Positions 52,962 through 64,000 of a DNA stretch of 64,000 nucleotides are shown piece by piece. The notes beneath the pieces were generated by a model. The model was not told the DNA's origin, did no database searches, and saw only the letters and a program-made list of their open reading frames with translations. The number at the start of each line of letters is the position of its first letter. Within the stretch, counting starts at the first letter, position 1. The stretch spans positions 248,001 through 312,000 of the forward strand of contig JBECUI020000028.1 of NCBI GenBank assembly GCA_040954595.2, given 5' to 3'. This stretch comes from Balanoglossus misakiensis. Taxonomy: Eukaryota; Animalia; Hemichordata. The position numbers and the translations under genes were made by a program.

Positions 52962-53600
52962 ACGGACAGGCTTTGACGGGACTTGGCTTGCGTAGCCAGC
53001 GGCACAAGTGTGTAAAAAGCGACTGGGTGTGCATTTTGACGAAACGGCCGACGATGTTAACCGACTCGTCGTTTACACCCCGGTTCGCGACACATTGGAT
53101 CGGACAGGTTTTGACGGGACTTGGCTTTGCGTAGCCAGCGGCACGAGTGTGTAAAAAGCGACTGGGTGTGCATTTTGACGTAACGGCCGACGATGTAGAC
53201 CGACTCGTCGTTTACACCCCGGTTCGCGACACATTGGATCGGACAGGTTTTGACGGGACTTGGCTTTGCATAGCCAGCGGCACGAGTGTGTAAAAAGCGA
53301 CTGGGTGTGCATTTTGACGTAACGGCCGACGATGTAGACCGACTCGTCGTTTACACCCCGGTTCGCGACACATTGGATCGGACAGGTTTTGACGGGACTT
53401 GGCTTTGCGTAGCCAGCGGCACGAGTGTGTAAAAAGCGACTGGGTGTGCATTTTGACGTAACGGCCGACGATGTAGACCGACTCGTCGTTTACACCCCGG
53501 TTCGCGACACATTGGATCGGACAGGTTTTGACGGGACTTGGCTTTGCGTAGCCAGCGGCACGAGTGTGTAAAAAGCGACTGGGTGTGCATTTTGACGTAA
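52962..53600. repeat. 139-bp tandem array (about 4.6 copies) in the piggyBac 5' region
   Basis: ttacaccccggttcgcgacacattggatcggacagg recurs at 53073, 53212, 53351 and 53490. Confidence 0.95.
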
Positions 53601-54035
53601 ACAAAGCCGATGAATACGCTCTCGGTCCGGTGGGTTTTGCGTTACTCACCATTAGAGAACGACACAGTGTGCGGATGCCTGTAACACAGGCTGGTGAATT
53701 GGACGGGTGTGTGCCGTAACGGTTCCTCGGTGCTGCGTGTTACCGAGGGGTATGTACAGACACGGGCGAAAGGCGTGCCTTGCATTCGCGTAACATACGG
53801 GACATGAGTTCTGCTTAGGCCGGACAGATGCGAAATTTTAACGTCATGGTCGATCAATACTTTCGGTATTGTTACGCAAATTGCCGTTCCAGATTTCCAT
53901 TTCTGGCGGGAATTTTGAGGAGCCCCATAGGTCCGATTGCCTTCGGACATATTTTTGTGTCACGTGTTTGCGTACCTATATATTAGGCGTCCAATTAGAT
54001 GGGAGAACGCCTGTCACAGGTTCATGTGCGACTGC

Positions 54036-54043
54036 TTATAAAA
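54036..54043 (+). promoter_or_regulatory. Candidate TATA box of the piggyBac transposase
   Basis: TTATAAAA(GGGG) about 45 bp upstream of accATG at 54085. Confidence 0.5.
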
Positions 54044-54084
54044 GGGGTGTTTCGTGGACAGTTTTGTCAGTACCACTACAGACC

Positions 54085-56784
54085 ATGAGTTTGACGGACC
54101 GAAAGAGTTTTTTGAAGGCAACCCGAAAGATTCGGAACCCGGAATCCAGTGGAACGGGCAGCGATCGCTATGATGTAGACTCCCCTGTTAGGAAGGGAAA
54201 GGCCAAGAAAAAGAAGGCAAAGAAACGCCTTTTGAGCGTCAGATTTGAGGAGACGGAGAAGCCTGGCGGGAAACGTAAGCGCAAGTCCAGTCGACCCGTT
54301 GTCGACTCGGACGATGAGACAGAAGCTCCACCCCGGAGTGATGAGGTGACTGCAGAAGCGGGCGAACCAGCCAGTACCCCGACAGAAGCTCCACCCAGGA
54401 GTGACGAGGTGACTTCAGAGGCTGACTTACAATCCAGTAAGCAGCAGAAGTCTGGCGGGAAACGTAAGCGCAAGTCCGATCGACCCGTTGTCGACTCGGA
54501 CGGTGAGACAGAAGCTCCACCCAGGAGTGATGAGGTGACTGCGAAGGCGGGCGAACCAGCCAGTACCCCGACAGAAACTCCACCCAGGAGTGATGAGGTG
54601 ACTGCGAAGGCTGGCGAACCAGCCAGTACCCCGACAGAAGTTCCACGCGGGAGCGATCAGACGACCCCAGAGGCGGGCGAACCGGCCAGTTCCCCGCCAG
54701 TGACCCCATGTACGACAGATGATAGTCACGAGACCTCCCCAGAAGTGCCATCTGCTGCTCAGATGAGTCCTCATCAGGCAGTCGCCTCGACTTCCACTGG
54801 GAAGGTGGGATCATCCAAGAAAGCAGTAAAGAAAAAGGTGCGCTACAGTCCACCTGAGTTTGAGCCCGAAAAGATTTTGGACGCCAAAACAGGCTTGTTC
54901 CGATATAGACGGCCTGATGATGACCTTGAGGAGGATGAGGGAAACGTGACGGACATTGATGAGGATGCGGCAGAGGACGATAACTTTTACGAGCTGTCAT
55001 TTCCTGGTACTCCATCTGAGGAGTCCGACTCCGAGAATGAAGCCGTAATAGAAGAGGCCATACGGCAGGCCTCCAAGGATGGGGACGAGTGGCGTCTTTC
55101 GCAGCATGAGGACACTGAGATATTTTCCGAACCCCTGTTCGAGAAAGAGCGTGGACCCACGTTTACTATGGCAACACATGCACGGGAGTTGGAATACTTC
55201 CTGAAATTTATATCACCGGACATGATATCTCTGGCGGTGAAGGAAACGAACAAATACGCGTCGTATCACCAGCATTACGTCGCAAAGAAAATCGACTCTG
55301 AGTGGCGAGCGACCAATTACAGAGAGATGCAAGCCTTCCTGGGCGTTGTCATCATCATGGGCATTGACCGCAAGCCTGCTGTGGGCGACTATTGGTCCAG
55401 CGACATTTTCCTGCATAATGTTGGCATTTCGTCAGTCATGACCCGTCAACGCTACCACAGGTTGATGCGGTATTTCCACTTGGCTGACCCCCAGAAGGAT
55501 CCAAGACGAGACCCTGACCCGAACAGACGGTCACGCCGTTGTCAGGACGACCCAATGTATAAAGTAAACCCATGGATGGAGCCCCTTGTAAACAGTTGCG
55601 TACACAGCTATCAGATGGGACAGGAAATCTCCATCGATGAAGGCATGGTGAAATTCAAAGGACGTTCGAAATTCAAACAGAGGCTTCCCCACAAGCCAGA
55701 CAGAGACGGCTTTAAGGTATGGCAGTTGGCGGACTCTGTCACATCCTATGTGGCAAACTTTGCTCCCTACCTGGGGGTGAAGTACCTTGACAGGAATGAC
55801 GGGAAAAAACAGGAGAGGGGAGTAGTGAAAAGAATAACGATTGAACTTGTTCAGCCGTTCTGCGGGTACAACCACATCCTCTTCTGTGACAGCCTCTTCA
55901 CAACTGTGTTAACTGCGAGAGAACTGATGGAGATGGGCATGTATATGGTTGGAAGCTTCAACCGACGTAACCGTCGGAGTATGCCGCCCATGCTTATTCC
56001 CCCCGGGAAAAAGAAGAAGCTTCCACTGGAGGTCGGTGAAATGAAGGCAGCCACCCGAGTCGATTGCCGAATCAACCTGACAGCTTATCAGGATAGCAAT
56101 GCACAGGTGTTGATCCTGAACAACGTTTATCCACCACTTGACACGGAGACAGTTGGCAGTGGTGAGGAAGAGAGAAATGTGCCCCTGAGTTTGTCGAAGT
56201 ACCGCGTCTTCATGGGAGGCGTTGACCGCGCTAACCAGAAGCGAAAATACTACCACTGTGGGCGAAAGAACAACCGCTGGTGGGTATACATGGCCTGGTA
56301 CCTGATGGATGTAGCATTGACGAATGCTTACGTATGTTTCAAAGACCTTAACCCCCAGACCAAGGTGAAGCACAAGTTCTTCAACCTACGTGTTGGGAAG
56401 CAACTCATTGGCGGATTCTCCAGTCGTGGTCAAGGCAACGTACGGGAAATAGAGCGCACAGTTACTGACAGCTCTTTCATTTTCCCTGGAAACATACCCC
56501 AACACGTCGAAAGTAGATTACCTGGACGGCAGAAAACCTGCAAGCTATGCAGTAGGGAAGGCAAGAGGACCCTTTCTGGACGGCGTTCGGAGACTGTCAT
56601 GGGATGTGCGCTCTGCCAAGTGCATTTGCATCAAGGCGAATGCTTCGCCTCGTTCCACCACCATATGATGCTACGAGGAAAGAAGAGCATCGGGACACAG
56701 TTTCCAGAAGGAGATGTGCGAGTTCGGCAGCCGAGACGGGACAAACCGCTCCGGCGAAGTTCCAGAAACACGGACCATTCCTAA
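54085..56784 (+). CDS. piggyBac transposase, intact (about 899 aa from the first ATG)
   Basis: DDD triad ISIDEGM / LFCDSLFT / MGGVDRANQ; C-terminal Cys-rich domain CKLC...CALCQVHLHQGECF; long repetitive acidic N-terminus; no stops. Confidence 0.95.
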   Translation: MSLTDRKSFLKATRKIRNPESSGTGSDRYDVDSPVRKGKAKKKKAKKRLLSVRFEETEKPGGKRKRKSSRPVVDSDDETEAPPRSDEVTAEAGEPASTPTEAPPRSDEVTSEADLQSSKQQKSGGKRKRKSDRPVVDSDGETEAPPRSDEVTAKAGEPASTPTETPPRSDEVTAKAGEPASTPTEVPRGSDQTTPEAGEPASSPPVTPCTTDDSHETSPEVPSAAQMSPHQAVASTSTGKVGSSKKAVKKKVRYSPPEFEPEKILDAKTGLFRYRRPDDDLEEDEGNVTDIDEDAAEDDNFYELSFPGTPSEESDSENEAVIEEAIRQASKDGDEWRLSQHEDTEIFSEPLFEKERGPTFTMATHARELEYFLKFISPDMISLAVKETNKYASYHQHYVAKKIDSEWRATNYREMQAFLGVVIIMGIDRKPAVGDYWSSDIFLHNVGISSVMTRQRYHRLMRYFHLADPQKDPRRDPDPNRRSRRCQDDPMYKVNPWMEPLVNSCVHSYQMGQEISIDEGMVKFKGRSKFKQRLPHKPDRDGFKVWQLADSVTSYVANFAPYLGVKYLDRNDGKKQERGVVKRITIELVQPFCGYNHILFCDSLFTTVLTARELMEMGMYMVGSFNRRNRRSMPPMLIPPGKKKKLPLEVGEMKAATRVDCRINLTAYQDSNAQVLILNNVYPPLDTETVGSGEEERNVPLSLSKYRVFMGGVDRANQKRKYYHCGRKNNRWWVYMAWYLMDVALTNAYVCFKDLNPQTKVKHKFFNLRVGKQLIGGFSSRGQGNVREIERTVTDSSFIFPGNIPQHVESRLPGRQKTCKLCSREGKRTLSGRRSETVMGCALCQVHLHQGECFASFHHHMMLRGKKSIGTQFPEGDVRVRQPRRDKPLRRSSRNTDHS

Positions 56785-56829
56785 ATTATTCCCCTCCCGA
56801 GAGGGTGACACGGGCTTCCGGTGAACCAG

Positions 56830-57347
56830 CCCCATTTGTGCGGACTTTAGTCATTTTTTTCTGTGGACCCCCACTAAATTATGCCCTTGAGTAGGGCTAC
56901 GAGGTGACCGAGCCTCATTTACGGACAATGAAACACGGACTGTGAGAAACGGACAGGTTACTTGCGGACACTGAAACACGGATTGTGACATGGGCTCGTC
57001 TTGAACGAGCCCCGTTTGCGCGGACTTTAGTCATTTTTTTCTGTGGACCCCCACTAAATTATGCCCTTGAGTAGGGCTACGAGGTGACCGAGCCTCATTT
57101 ACGGACAATGAAACACGGACTGTGAGAAACGGACAGGTTACTTGCGAACACTGAAACACGGATTGTGAAATGGGCTCGTCTTGAACGAGCCCCGTTTGCG
57201 CGGACTTTAGTCATTTTTTTCTGTGGACCCCCACTAAATTATGCCCTTGAGTAGGGCTACGAGGTGACCGAGCCTCATTTACGGACAATGAAACACGGAC
57301 TGTGAGAAACGGACAGGTTACTTGCGAACACTGAAACACGGATTGTG
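56830..57347. repeat. 180-bp tandem array (about 2.9 copies) in the piggyBac 3' UTR
   Basis: cggactttagtcatttttttctgtggaccc at 56841, 57021 and 57201; AATAAA follows at 57389. Confidence 0.95.
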
Positions 57348-60300
57348 TGATGTTACTGTAACGGTGCACGAATCACTCTTTTTTGGGAAATAAAGTGCTA
57401 TTTATGAGGCAACCTGTGGTGGTGTTAATCCCTCTAATATGACGCACAGTAACGGGGGTCTTGTGTAAATAGTCGTCCGGTTCGACACTCGCCCCCGGCC
57501 GAAATGGTGCAATGGAGCCTGCAGAACTTGCGGGTTACCTGTGACCGTGTCGGTACAACCCTGTACCGTAAAAAACTATAGCGTATTAACACCGTAATGA
57601 ACGTCTGTCTACCGTGCGTAACTAACCAACGTGTCGTTATCACAACGTCCGTGTGTGTCTTGTGTGCGAGAATGAGTCGTTGTCAGGCGGCTGTAGAGCG
57701 GAACACTGTGCGCCAGTGTCCAGTCGTTCGCATTACGTGTCGAACTAACTCGTACCCTACGGGAAAGTGGCAGGGGAAGGGGTGCCCGAACACCCCTGGC
57801 GGTACACCCTGGGTACCCTACTAATAACTGATGGTGTCGTTGTTGTGACGTGATGTAGCGTGTACTAACACACTAACTTTACTTTCGTAAAAGTAAGCCT
57901 CGAAACGACGTTTACAGACGCTCCCCTCCCAGGGGAACGAACCCGATGACCCCACAACTTTTACCCGGTTAATTGTTGTTTGAGGTCCCGTCGACACGGG
58001 ACGGTGCCAAACTTGAAGTCTAGCACGTTCAAAAGCAGCTAAAATGACCCTCCAAAAACCCGATTTTCAGGCAAAAAGCCTGGTAATCCAGCGGGTGTAG
58101 AATGCCGGATTCTACATACACCGAAAAGGAGGCGGTCTCGTAACGACTCGGCAGCCCAACGGGTTTTGACCCCCGGTAGCAAGAGGGTTAATTGTTCACT
58201 TAATAAGAGGCTGGATAAGAGATCTCGGGCGGTATCTGTGGATAAATCCGTCCCGACCTTACGTAAAATGCTGCAGCAGTTCTCCCTGGTTGACATTTGG
58301 AGAGAACGCAACCCGTCACTGCAACAGTTTACATGGAGACGCTTGCATCCCAACCCGACCTATAGTAGAATTGACTATATTTTTGTATCTAAGAGCATTC
58401 TAAAAAACACAAAAAGAGTTGACATCAGACCTGCATTGAAAACAGACCACATGGCTGTTTATTTAGAAATTATGTATAGGAAGTCTGACAGGGGTCCTGG
58501 CACCTGGAAATTTAACAAGCACCTCCTTAAAAAGGAGGATTACGTTATAAGTGTCCGTAATCTCCTGACACGGTGTAAAATTAAGTATGTGAATGTAGAA
58601 GCCAATGTTAGATGGGATTTGATAAAGAAAGATGTGAAGGAGTACACGATTGAGTATTGTCATAATGTAACGAAGAATTCTAACACCCTCATTCCGGAGT
58701 TGGAGAAGCATTTGCGTACTGCTGAACAAAACATGCTCCATGAGCCGTCTGATTCCAACATTGAGGCTTATGGTTTAATTAAACAGCGTTTTGAAGATCT
58801 TTTCACCCTCCGTGCCGAAGGTGCGCAGATACGCTCCAAGGCACGCTGGGTCGAAAAGGGTGAAAAAAGTACAAAGTTCTTTTTGGGTTTAGAGAAGACA
58901 AATGCCTCCAAAAAGGAGATGAATGTTCTCCGTACAGCGCAGGGTACCTATGTAACTGATACGGAGCACATTCTTGAGGAACAGAAGAACTTTTATCAAA
59001 ATCTGTATAAAGATAAGCCGAGAGATAGTTGCCTTGACGATTTTCTAGGAGATGCAGCTGTTTCACAGCTATCCCAGAATCAATCAGACATTTGTGAGGG
59101 TGAGCTCACAGAAAGAGAATGCTTTAAAGCACTGTGTATGATTGCTCCCAACAAATCTCCTGGATGCGACGGGTTAACTGGTGAATTTTATCGTTTTTTC
59201 TGGAATGATATTTGCGATTATGTATTGTCATCTTTAAATAGTAGTTACAGGTGTGGTTCGCTATCTTTATCTCAGAGACGAAGTTTACTTACACTCCTGT
59301 TTAAGAAAGGCTCCGAGGACGATTTAAACAACTGGCGTCCAGTGTCTCTTCTAAATACAGATTATAAAATTGCTACTAAAGCCTTAGCTAATCGGTTACA
59401 GATCGTTCTTCCGTCATTGATCCATAGAGATCAAACCGGGTATATGAAGGGGCGTTTCATAGGTGAAAATGTTAGACTTATCGCTGACATCTTTCATTAC
59501 TCAAAGAAGCACAATGTTGGGGGAGTTGCCATGTTCCTTGATTATGAAAAAGCCTTCGATAGCGTTAACTGGGACTATCTAGATGAAACTTTACGACGTA
59601 TGAATTTTGGTCATTCCTTTCGTCAATGGGTAAAAACTTTCTACACGAACATTCAGAGCTGTATTTTATACAAGGGTTGGTCTTCAAGTTACTTCAGGTT
59701 AGAAAGAGGTGTCCGTCAGGGATGTCCCCTCTCTGCACTTTTATTTGTAATAGCAATTGAGTTTTTAGCTTGTAAGATCAGACACGATAAAACTATCAAA
59801 GGGTTTCGTCTGCCTGCTGGTAATGGTCATGCCAAAGAAGCAAAGATATCTTTACTTGCAGATGATACAACAGTATTCGTTGCAGATTTGTCTTCTGTTG
59901 TGTCTGTTCTCAAAGTAATGGAGAAGTTTCAAGGATACAGTGGGCTAAGGTTAAATAAAAAGAAAACGCAGGCTTTTAAACTTGGTAATTTAAGAAAATG
60001 TAACGATAAAGTGGGTGATATAAGTTGGACTGACAATCCTGTAAAAACTCTTGGAGTATATTTTGGGTATGATGATGCTCTGTGTAAGCAGTTAAACTGG
60101 GATGATAAGTTAAAATCATTAGGTAAAGTTTTGGAAATGTGGGGAAGACGGCAACTCACGATTTATGGCCGTGTTCTCATTACCAAGTCTCTTGCTGTTT
60201 CAAAAATTATGTATTTATCATCAGTAATTGGTATTCCCAATGATATTCTCTGTAAAGTACAACGTCTCGTTGACAGTTTTGTAAAACGTAAAAGGAGAAT

Positions 60301-63251
60301 TTCGAACAAAATTCTTGAAAGTGGCTAAAAGCTAGGAGGAGTTAATCATATTAATGTGAAATGCCAAGTGGAAGCAATGATGGCTCTTTGGGTTAAAAGA
60401 ATAATAATGTGTAAAGACGAGACATGGGCTGTCTTGCCCTGGTCATATTTGCTTTTAGATAATACCACAAATTTATTGCATCAACACTCAATTTGGCAAA
60501 GGGTTCCTGATTTTCTTTTATCTGTACTCCCAGAATTTTTTGTAAATGTACTGAATGCCTGGTATGCGGTGAAACACAATGCTTCCCGTGCAGGGAACCG
60601 TACCCTTGTCTGGTCCTCCAAATTCAGGTGTTTTTATGCAGCTCACTCTGAAAGTGATGACTATGATGTCACACTTGGCGTCTCTAAATCTCCGGTCCAC
60701 AAATTAACTTGTAAGGTGTTGTATACTCATCTCATTCAGAGGCACTCAGTACAGGCTAGCGATAAACTCTCAAAATGGTTTTCTAAGTTAAATATCACCC
60801 CTGTAGAGCCAGAGAGCGACTGTTACAAAATCTGGCTGAGTATGTACAAGTTGACTAAAGAGACCAAGTTAAGAGAGTTTCAGTGGAAACTTCTACAACG
60901 CTTATTACCATGTAACAAGTATTTATACTTGTGGAAGTTAAATGAGTCAATGTTCTGTCCTCTTTGTCACCAGATTGACTCTCTGGAACACAGATTTATT
61001 TATTGTCAAATAGCTGTGAGATGCTGGAAAAAGCTGAAATACGTCATCTCTAAATGTTTTGAGTGTAGAGAAATAACACCATCAGACATTATTTTTACAA
61101 AAGTTGGCGAGAATGTCAAACCCAAAGAAAAACGTTATGTTTTTCAGCTTTTAATTCTTCTTGGGAAATGGAGCATCCATAAGTACTGGGTGACTAATGA
61201 AAACACACCGATTGAAGTTTTAATCAAAAATGAGTTTATGTTAAGGTATAAGATTGAAAAACAACTGGATGCGAAAGCTGTTGTGCTAGAAACTTTTCAG
61301 AAAATTACGAGTTTACTGTAATTTTTAACCTCTTCAGGCCCGTGCAACAATACTGTCTTTTCTATATTTATATAAACATGTAATTGAGGTGAAGGTTTAA
61401 ATAAAAGATAAAAAAAAAAAAAAAAAAAAAGTTGCAGGTTTTTTGCTACAATTGTTTTTCTGAAAAACTACTTAAAAATCTTCTCCTCCAGAACCAGCGA
61501 TTGCCGAGTCACGGGATTCGGGGTATGTGGTCACCTAACCTATGTCTATATAGTATGCGAAGCGCACTGTGATTGGTCTATCGTTATGGCGGCCATATTG
61601 GATTTTCGGAAAACCATTGAAAAATGAAAATTCCGTTTTGTAGCCAAAATGATGACAGCATGGAAAATCTTTTTGTGGATATGAGTCATCATATGACCGG
61701 AACTTGTCACAATTATTATTATTATTATTTTTTTTTTTTTTTTTTTTGGGGGGGGGGTCCAATTTTCCCATGACCTTTGACCCAGTTTTAAAACAACTAA
61801 TTATATATGCATATGCCTTGTACCTCCTCTTGCAACAGCACCACAGTCATGAAATTTGTGGACATGGGTACCACTGCTACCAGGACATGACACAAATATT
61901 TTGGGAATTTTAGCAATGACCTTTGACCTATTTCTGAAACATCATTTTTCTGCATATCTTATTCCAGGCTAACCAATAGGGCTAGAGGTCGTGTGTTTGT
62001 TGGACATGGTCCACTATGGGGTCAACATTTTATGCCCAAATTTTGGGTGACCTTGGGTGACCTTTGATCTAATTTCCCATATCTCAGCAGCCGCAGCAGT
62101 TAGAGCCCTGGCTTTTGGGGGGATTGAGCACAATGGAGTCTTACACAAGACTTCATTAATTATGTGCATACCTAATTCTAGGCGAACCAATAGGGCTACG
62201 GGTCTGGTTTTTGTTGGACGCAGACTAGTATGAGGTCCAATATTTTTGCGCAAATATGGGGTGACCTCAGGTGACTTTTGACTTACTTTCCCCATTCTCG
62301 CCCCACCAGACTACGGATTTCTTTCGTTTCACTATCGAAATCACGTACTCTGGTTAAAATGGAGTACCGCGCTGGTATTTGAACATATTGGTAATGCATA
62401 TTCATGAGATGACATCATTATAATCTGGCCAATCAAAGCCCGTCTCTCGAGGAGAGCTGGGACAATAGCACTTCCACACTGGAAGCCGCCATGTTGTTTA
62501 GAATGAGATGTAATGAGATGCGTGAATGGGATGTAACAAGCAATCTGATTGGTTGTTGGGTGTACTATGAAAGCGCCTAGACCAAATACTGAATACATGG
62601 CCGTATTATACCACGTCCTTTTTGGGGGGAGCAGAGCGCTGCCGTAAAAGGGCCGTGGTTTGCGACGATGACTTTCCCATATCTTGGTATCCACAGCAGA
62701 TACAGCCTTGGCATTTGCTGGTTACCATGGGAACCGCTTGTGCCCCGCCAACGCTGCTTGCAGCTTTAATTTAATCTGTACTTGTTATGTATGACATTTT
62801 TCTCACCCAAAAAATGTTTATTCAAGCCGAAAATTTCAAAATTATATCTTTTTATCTTTTTATCATCGAAGTATGTTTCTCGATGATAAAATATGTATTA
62901 AACAATTTCTGATGTGCAAAAACTGTGATTTGGTGCCAAAAATATCATACATAACATGTCGAAAGAGTTTGATCAAATATATTCATATTTTTACAGAGTT
63001 ATAAAAACTTATTTTCATACTCGTACTGCAGATGCCAAACCGCGATGGTCGCCCGAAAATGCTTAACTACATGTACTTTCAGTCTCTCGAAACCAAAACC
63101 GAATCCAAGTCTTACTTCAGTACCGTCATGTGTATAAGTGCGCCCTCTTTGACGGAATTGGGGTTAGGAATAGCATATCATAATGACATGTCGGCATAGT
63201 ATAAAGCCAAACGCGCACCGTATGTTGAATGGGCATAGTATCATGGTGAAT

Positions 63252-63705
63252 GAGCGACGCATAATGATGTATGCACAGCGTATAATGATGCACAAGCAGC
63301 GTATAATGATGTATAAGCGTCGTATAATGATGCATAAGCGTCGTATAATTCTGTATGGGCAGCGTATAATGATGTATCCACAGCGTATAATGATGCACAA
63401 GCAGCGTATAATGATGTATGCACATCGTATAATGATATATGCACATTGTATAATGATGTATACACATTGTATAAAGATGTATGAGCGTCGTATAATGATG
63501 TATGCACATTGTATAATGATGTATGCATATCGTATAATGATGTATGCACATTGTATAATGATGTATGCACATTGTATAATGATGTATGCACATTGTATTA
63601 TGATGTACGAGTGTCGTATAATGATGTACGAGCAGGGTATAATGATGTATGAGCGTCGTATAATGATGTATGGGCAGCGTATAATGATGTATGCAGAGCA
63701 TATAA
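63252..63705 (-). repeat. 21-bp minisatellite in the right TIR
   Basis: Reverse-complement counterpart of 49846-50270. Confidence 0.95.
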
Positions 63706-64000
63706 TGGTAACAATGGACTTAAGACAGCTGTGGCTTTCCATATGCGCAAGTGGATTGACCGACGCGTGGTACGGTAGCCGGTCATGCATGCAGGATGAC
63801 TTTTTTTCATGCTGCCGGCTGCGCCTCCAATCACAATTGCTTGAGGTCAAAGTCGTCATCAAGACGGTCCTGCCTCGCAGGACAAATGCAAGTAAGAATC
63901 AATACACGCTGATTTCAGATCATAGTGAGGTGAATACAGCTTCTTTGTGTGAGATTGCGTTGTAGGGCTTACTTTACAGAGCATTGTCCGAAGTTTCGCG

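Larger units (their letters stand above)
52384..58187 (+). mobile_element. piggyBac DNA transposon, full length
   Basis: TTAA-CCCT ... AGGG-TTAA (TSD 52380-52383 and 58188-58191). Excision restores the ORF2 frame exactly. The subterminal motif GCTGYCGAGTC...AGACCGCC is placed asymmetrically at the two ends. Confidence 0.96.
51944..61321 (+). pseudogene. Tx1 ORF2 (APE endonuclease + reverse transcriptase + zinc finger), split by piggyBac, with one nonsense codon
   Basis: TLNVRGL, LQE, VYAPN, IAGDFN | CSLNKRLD, SRIDY, TDH, SPGCDG, WRPVSLLN, LDYEKAFD, RQGCPLS, LADDT, CPLC..H..C. A single in-frame TAA at 60326-60328. Confidence 0.93.
50414..61430 (+). mobile_element. Full-length Tx1/L1-clade non-LTR retrotransposon
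   Basis: TSD GTTGCAGGTTTTTT (50400-50413 and 61431-61444), AATAAA at 61400, poly(A) at 61410-61430, and ORF1 plus ORF2. Confidence 0.95.
50300..62770 (+). mobile_element. Helentron/HINE-like repeat (5'-truncated), split by the Tx1 insertion
   Basis: 50300-50413 and 61445-62770 join across the LINE TSD; the 3' end is homologous to 1-310. Confidence 0.5.
49802..63743. mobile_element. Non-autonomous IS3EU-type element with TIRs of about 500 bp, expanded by nested insertions
   Basis: TATGGAAAGCCACAGC at 49802 and its reverse complement ending at 63743; TGCGCA flanks both ends (49796-49801 and 63744-63749). The arms mirror each other through a 21-bp minisatellite to atactatgccc(g/a)ttcaacat. Confidence 0.82.

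Noticed and set aside
53073-53652. Minus-strand ORFs in the 139-bp array and antisense ORFs over the transposases
   Set aside because: Repeat-derived or shadow ORFs with no recognisable motifs.
53869-54084. N-terminal 72 codons of the 971-aa ORF
   Set aside because: It starts at TTG and spans the TATA-like box; ATG 54085 is the plausible start.
56830-57347. Hammerhead ribozyme in the 180-bp units
   Set aside because: GAAAC motifs are present, but I found no CUGAnGA core on either strand.
58166-58191. Start of a separate 720-aa RT gene; likewise the tail of ORF 51944-52486
   Set aside because: These residues are read-through from the piggyBac ends; both ORFs are halves of one ORF2.

Overview
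Eukaryotic, AT-rich, intron-containing animal genomic DNA. It looks like a marine invertebrate, but the species cannot be determined from the sequence. The window is dominated by transposable elements. (1) 1-20.9 kb: a decayed minus-strand host gene with calcium-binding EGF exons, whose introns are filled with MITEs, an RTE-X-like LINE fragment and a tRNA-Leu relic. (2) 21.2-28.4 kb: an IS3EU-type DNA transposon with a palindromic subterminal array, an intact spliced SAM-like/HECT E3 ubiquitin ligase gene, and a convergent integrase-type transposase whose 5' end is disrupted. (3) 31.4-37.6 kb: a degenerate CMC/Transib (RAG1-core-like) transposase with a SAP domain. (4) 40.5-48.7 kb: a multi-exon Kolobok/MuDR-like transposase pseudogene with a complete Sola2 element in one intron. 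(5) 49.8-63.7 kb: a four-level nest consisting of a non-autonomous IS3EU-type element, a Helentron-like repeat, a full-length Tx1/L1 LINE and an intact piggyBac with two internal tandem arrays. Family assignments come from motif recognition by eye, not database searches.
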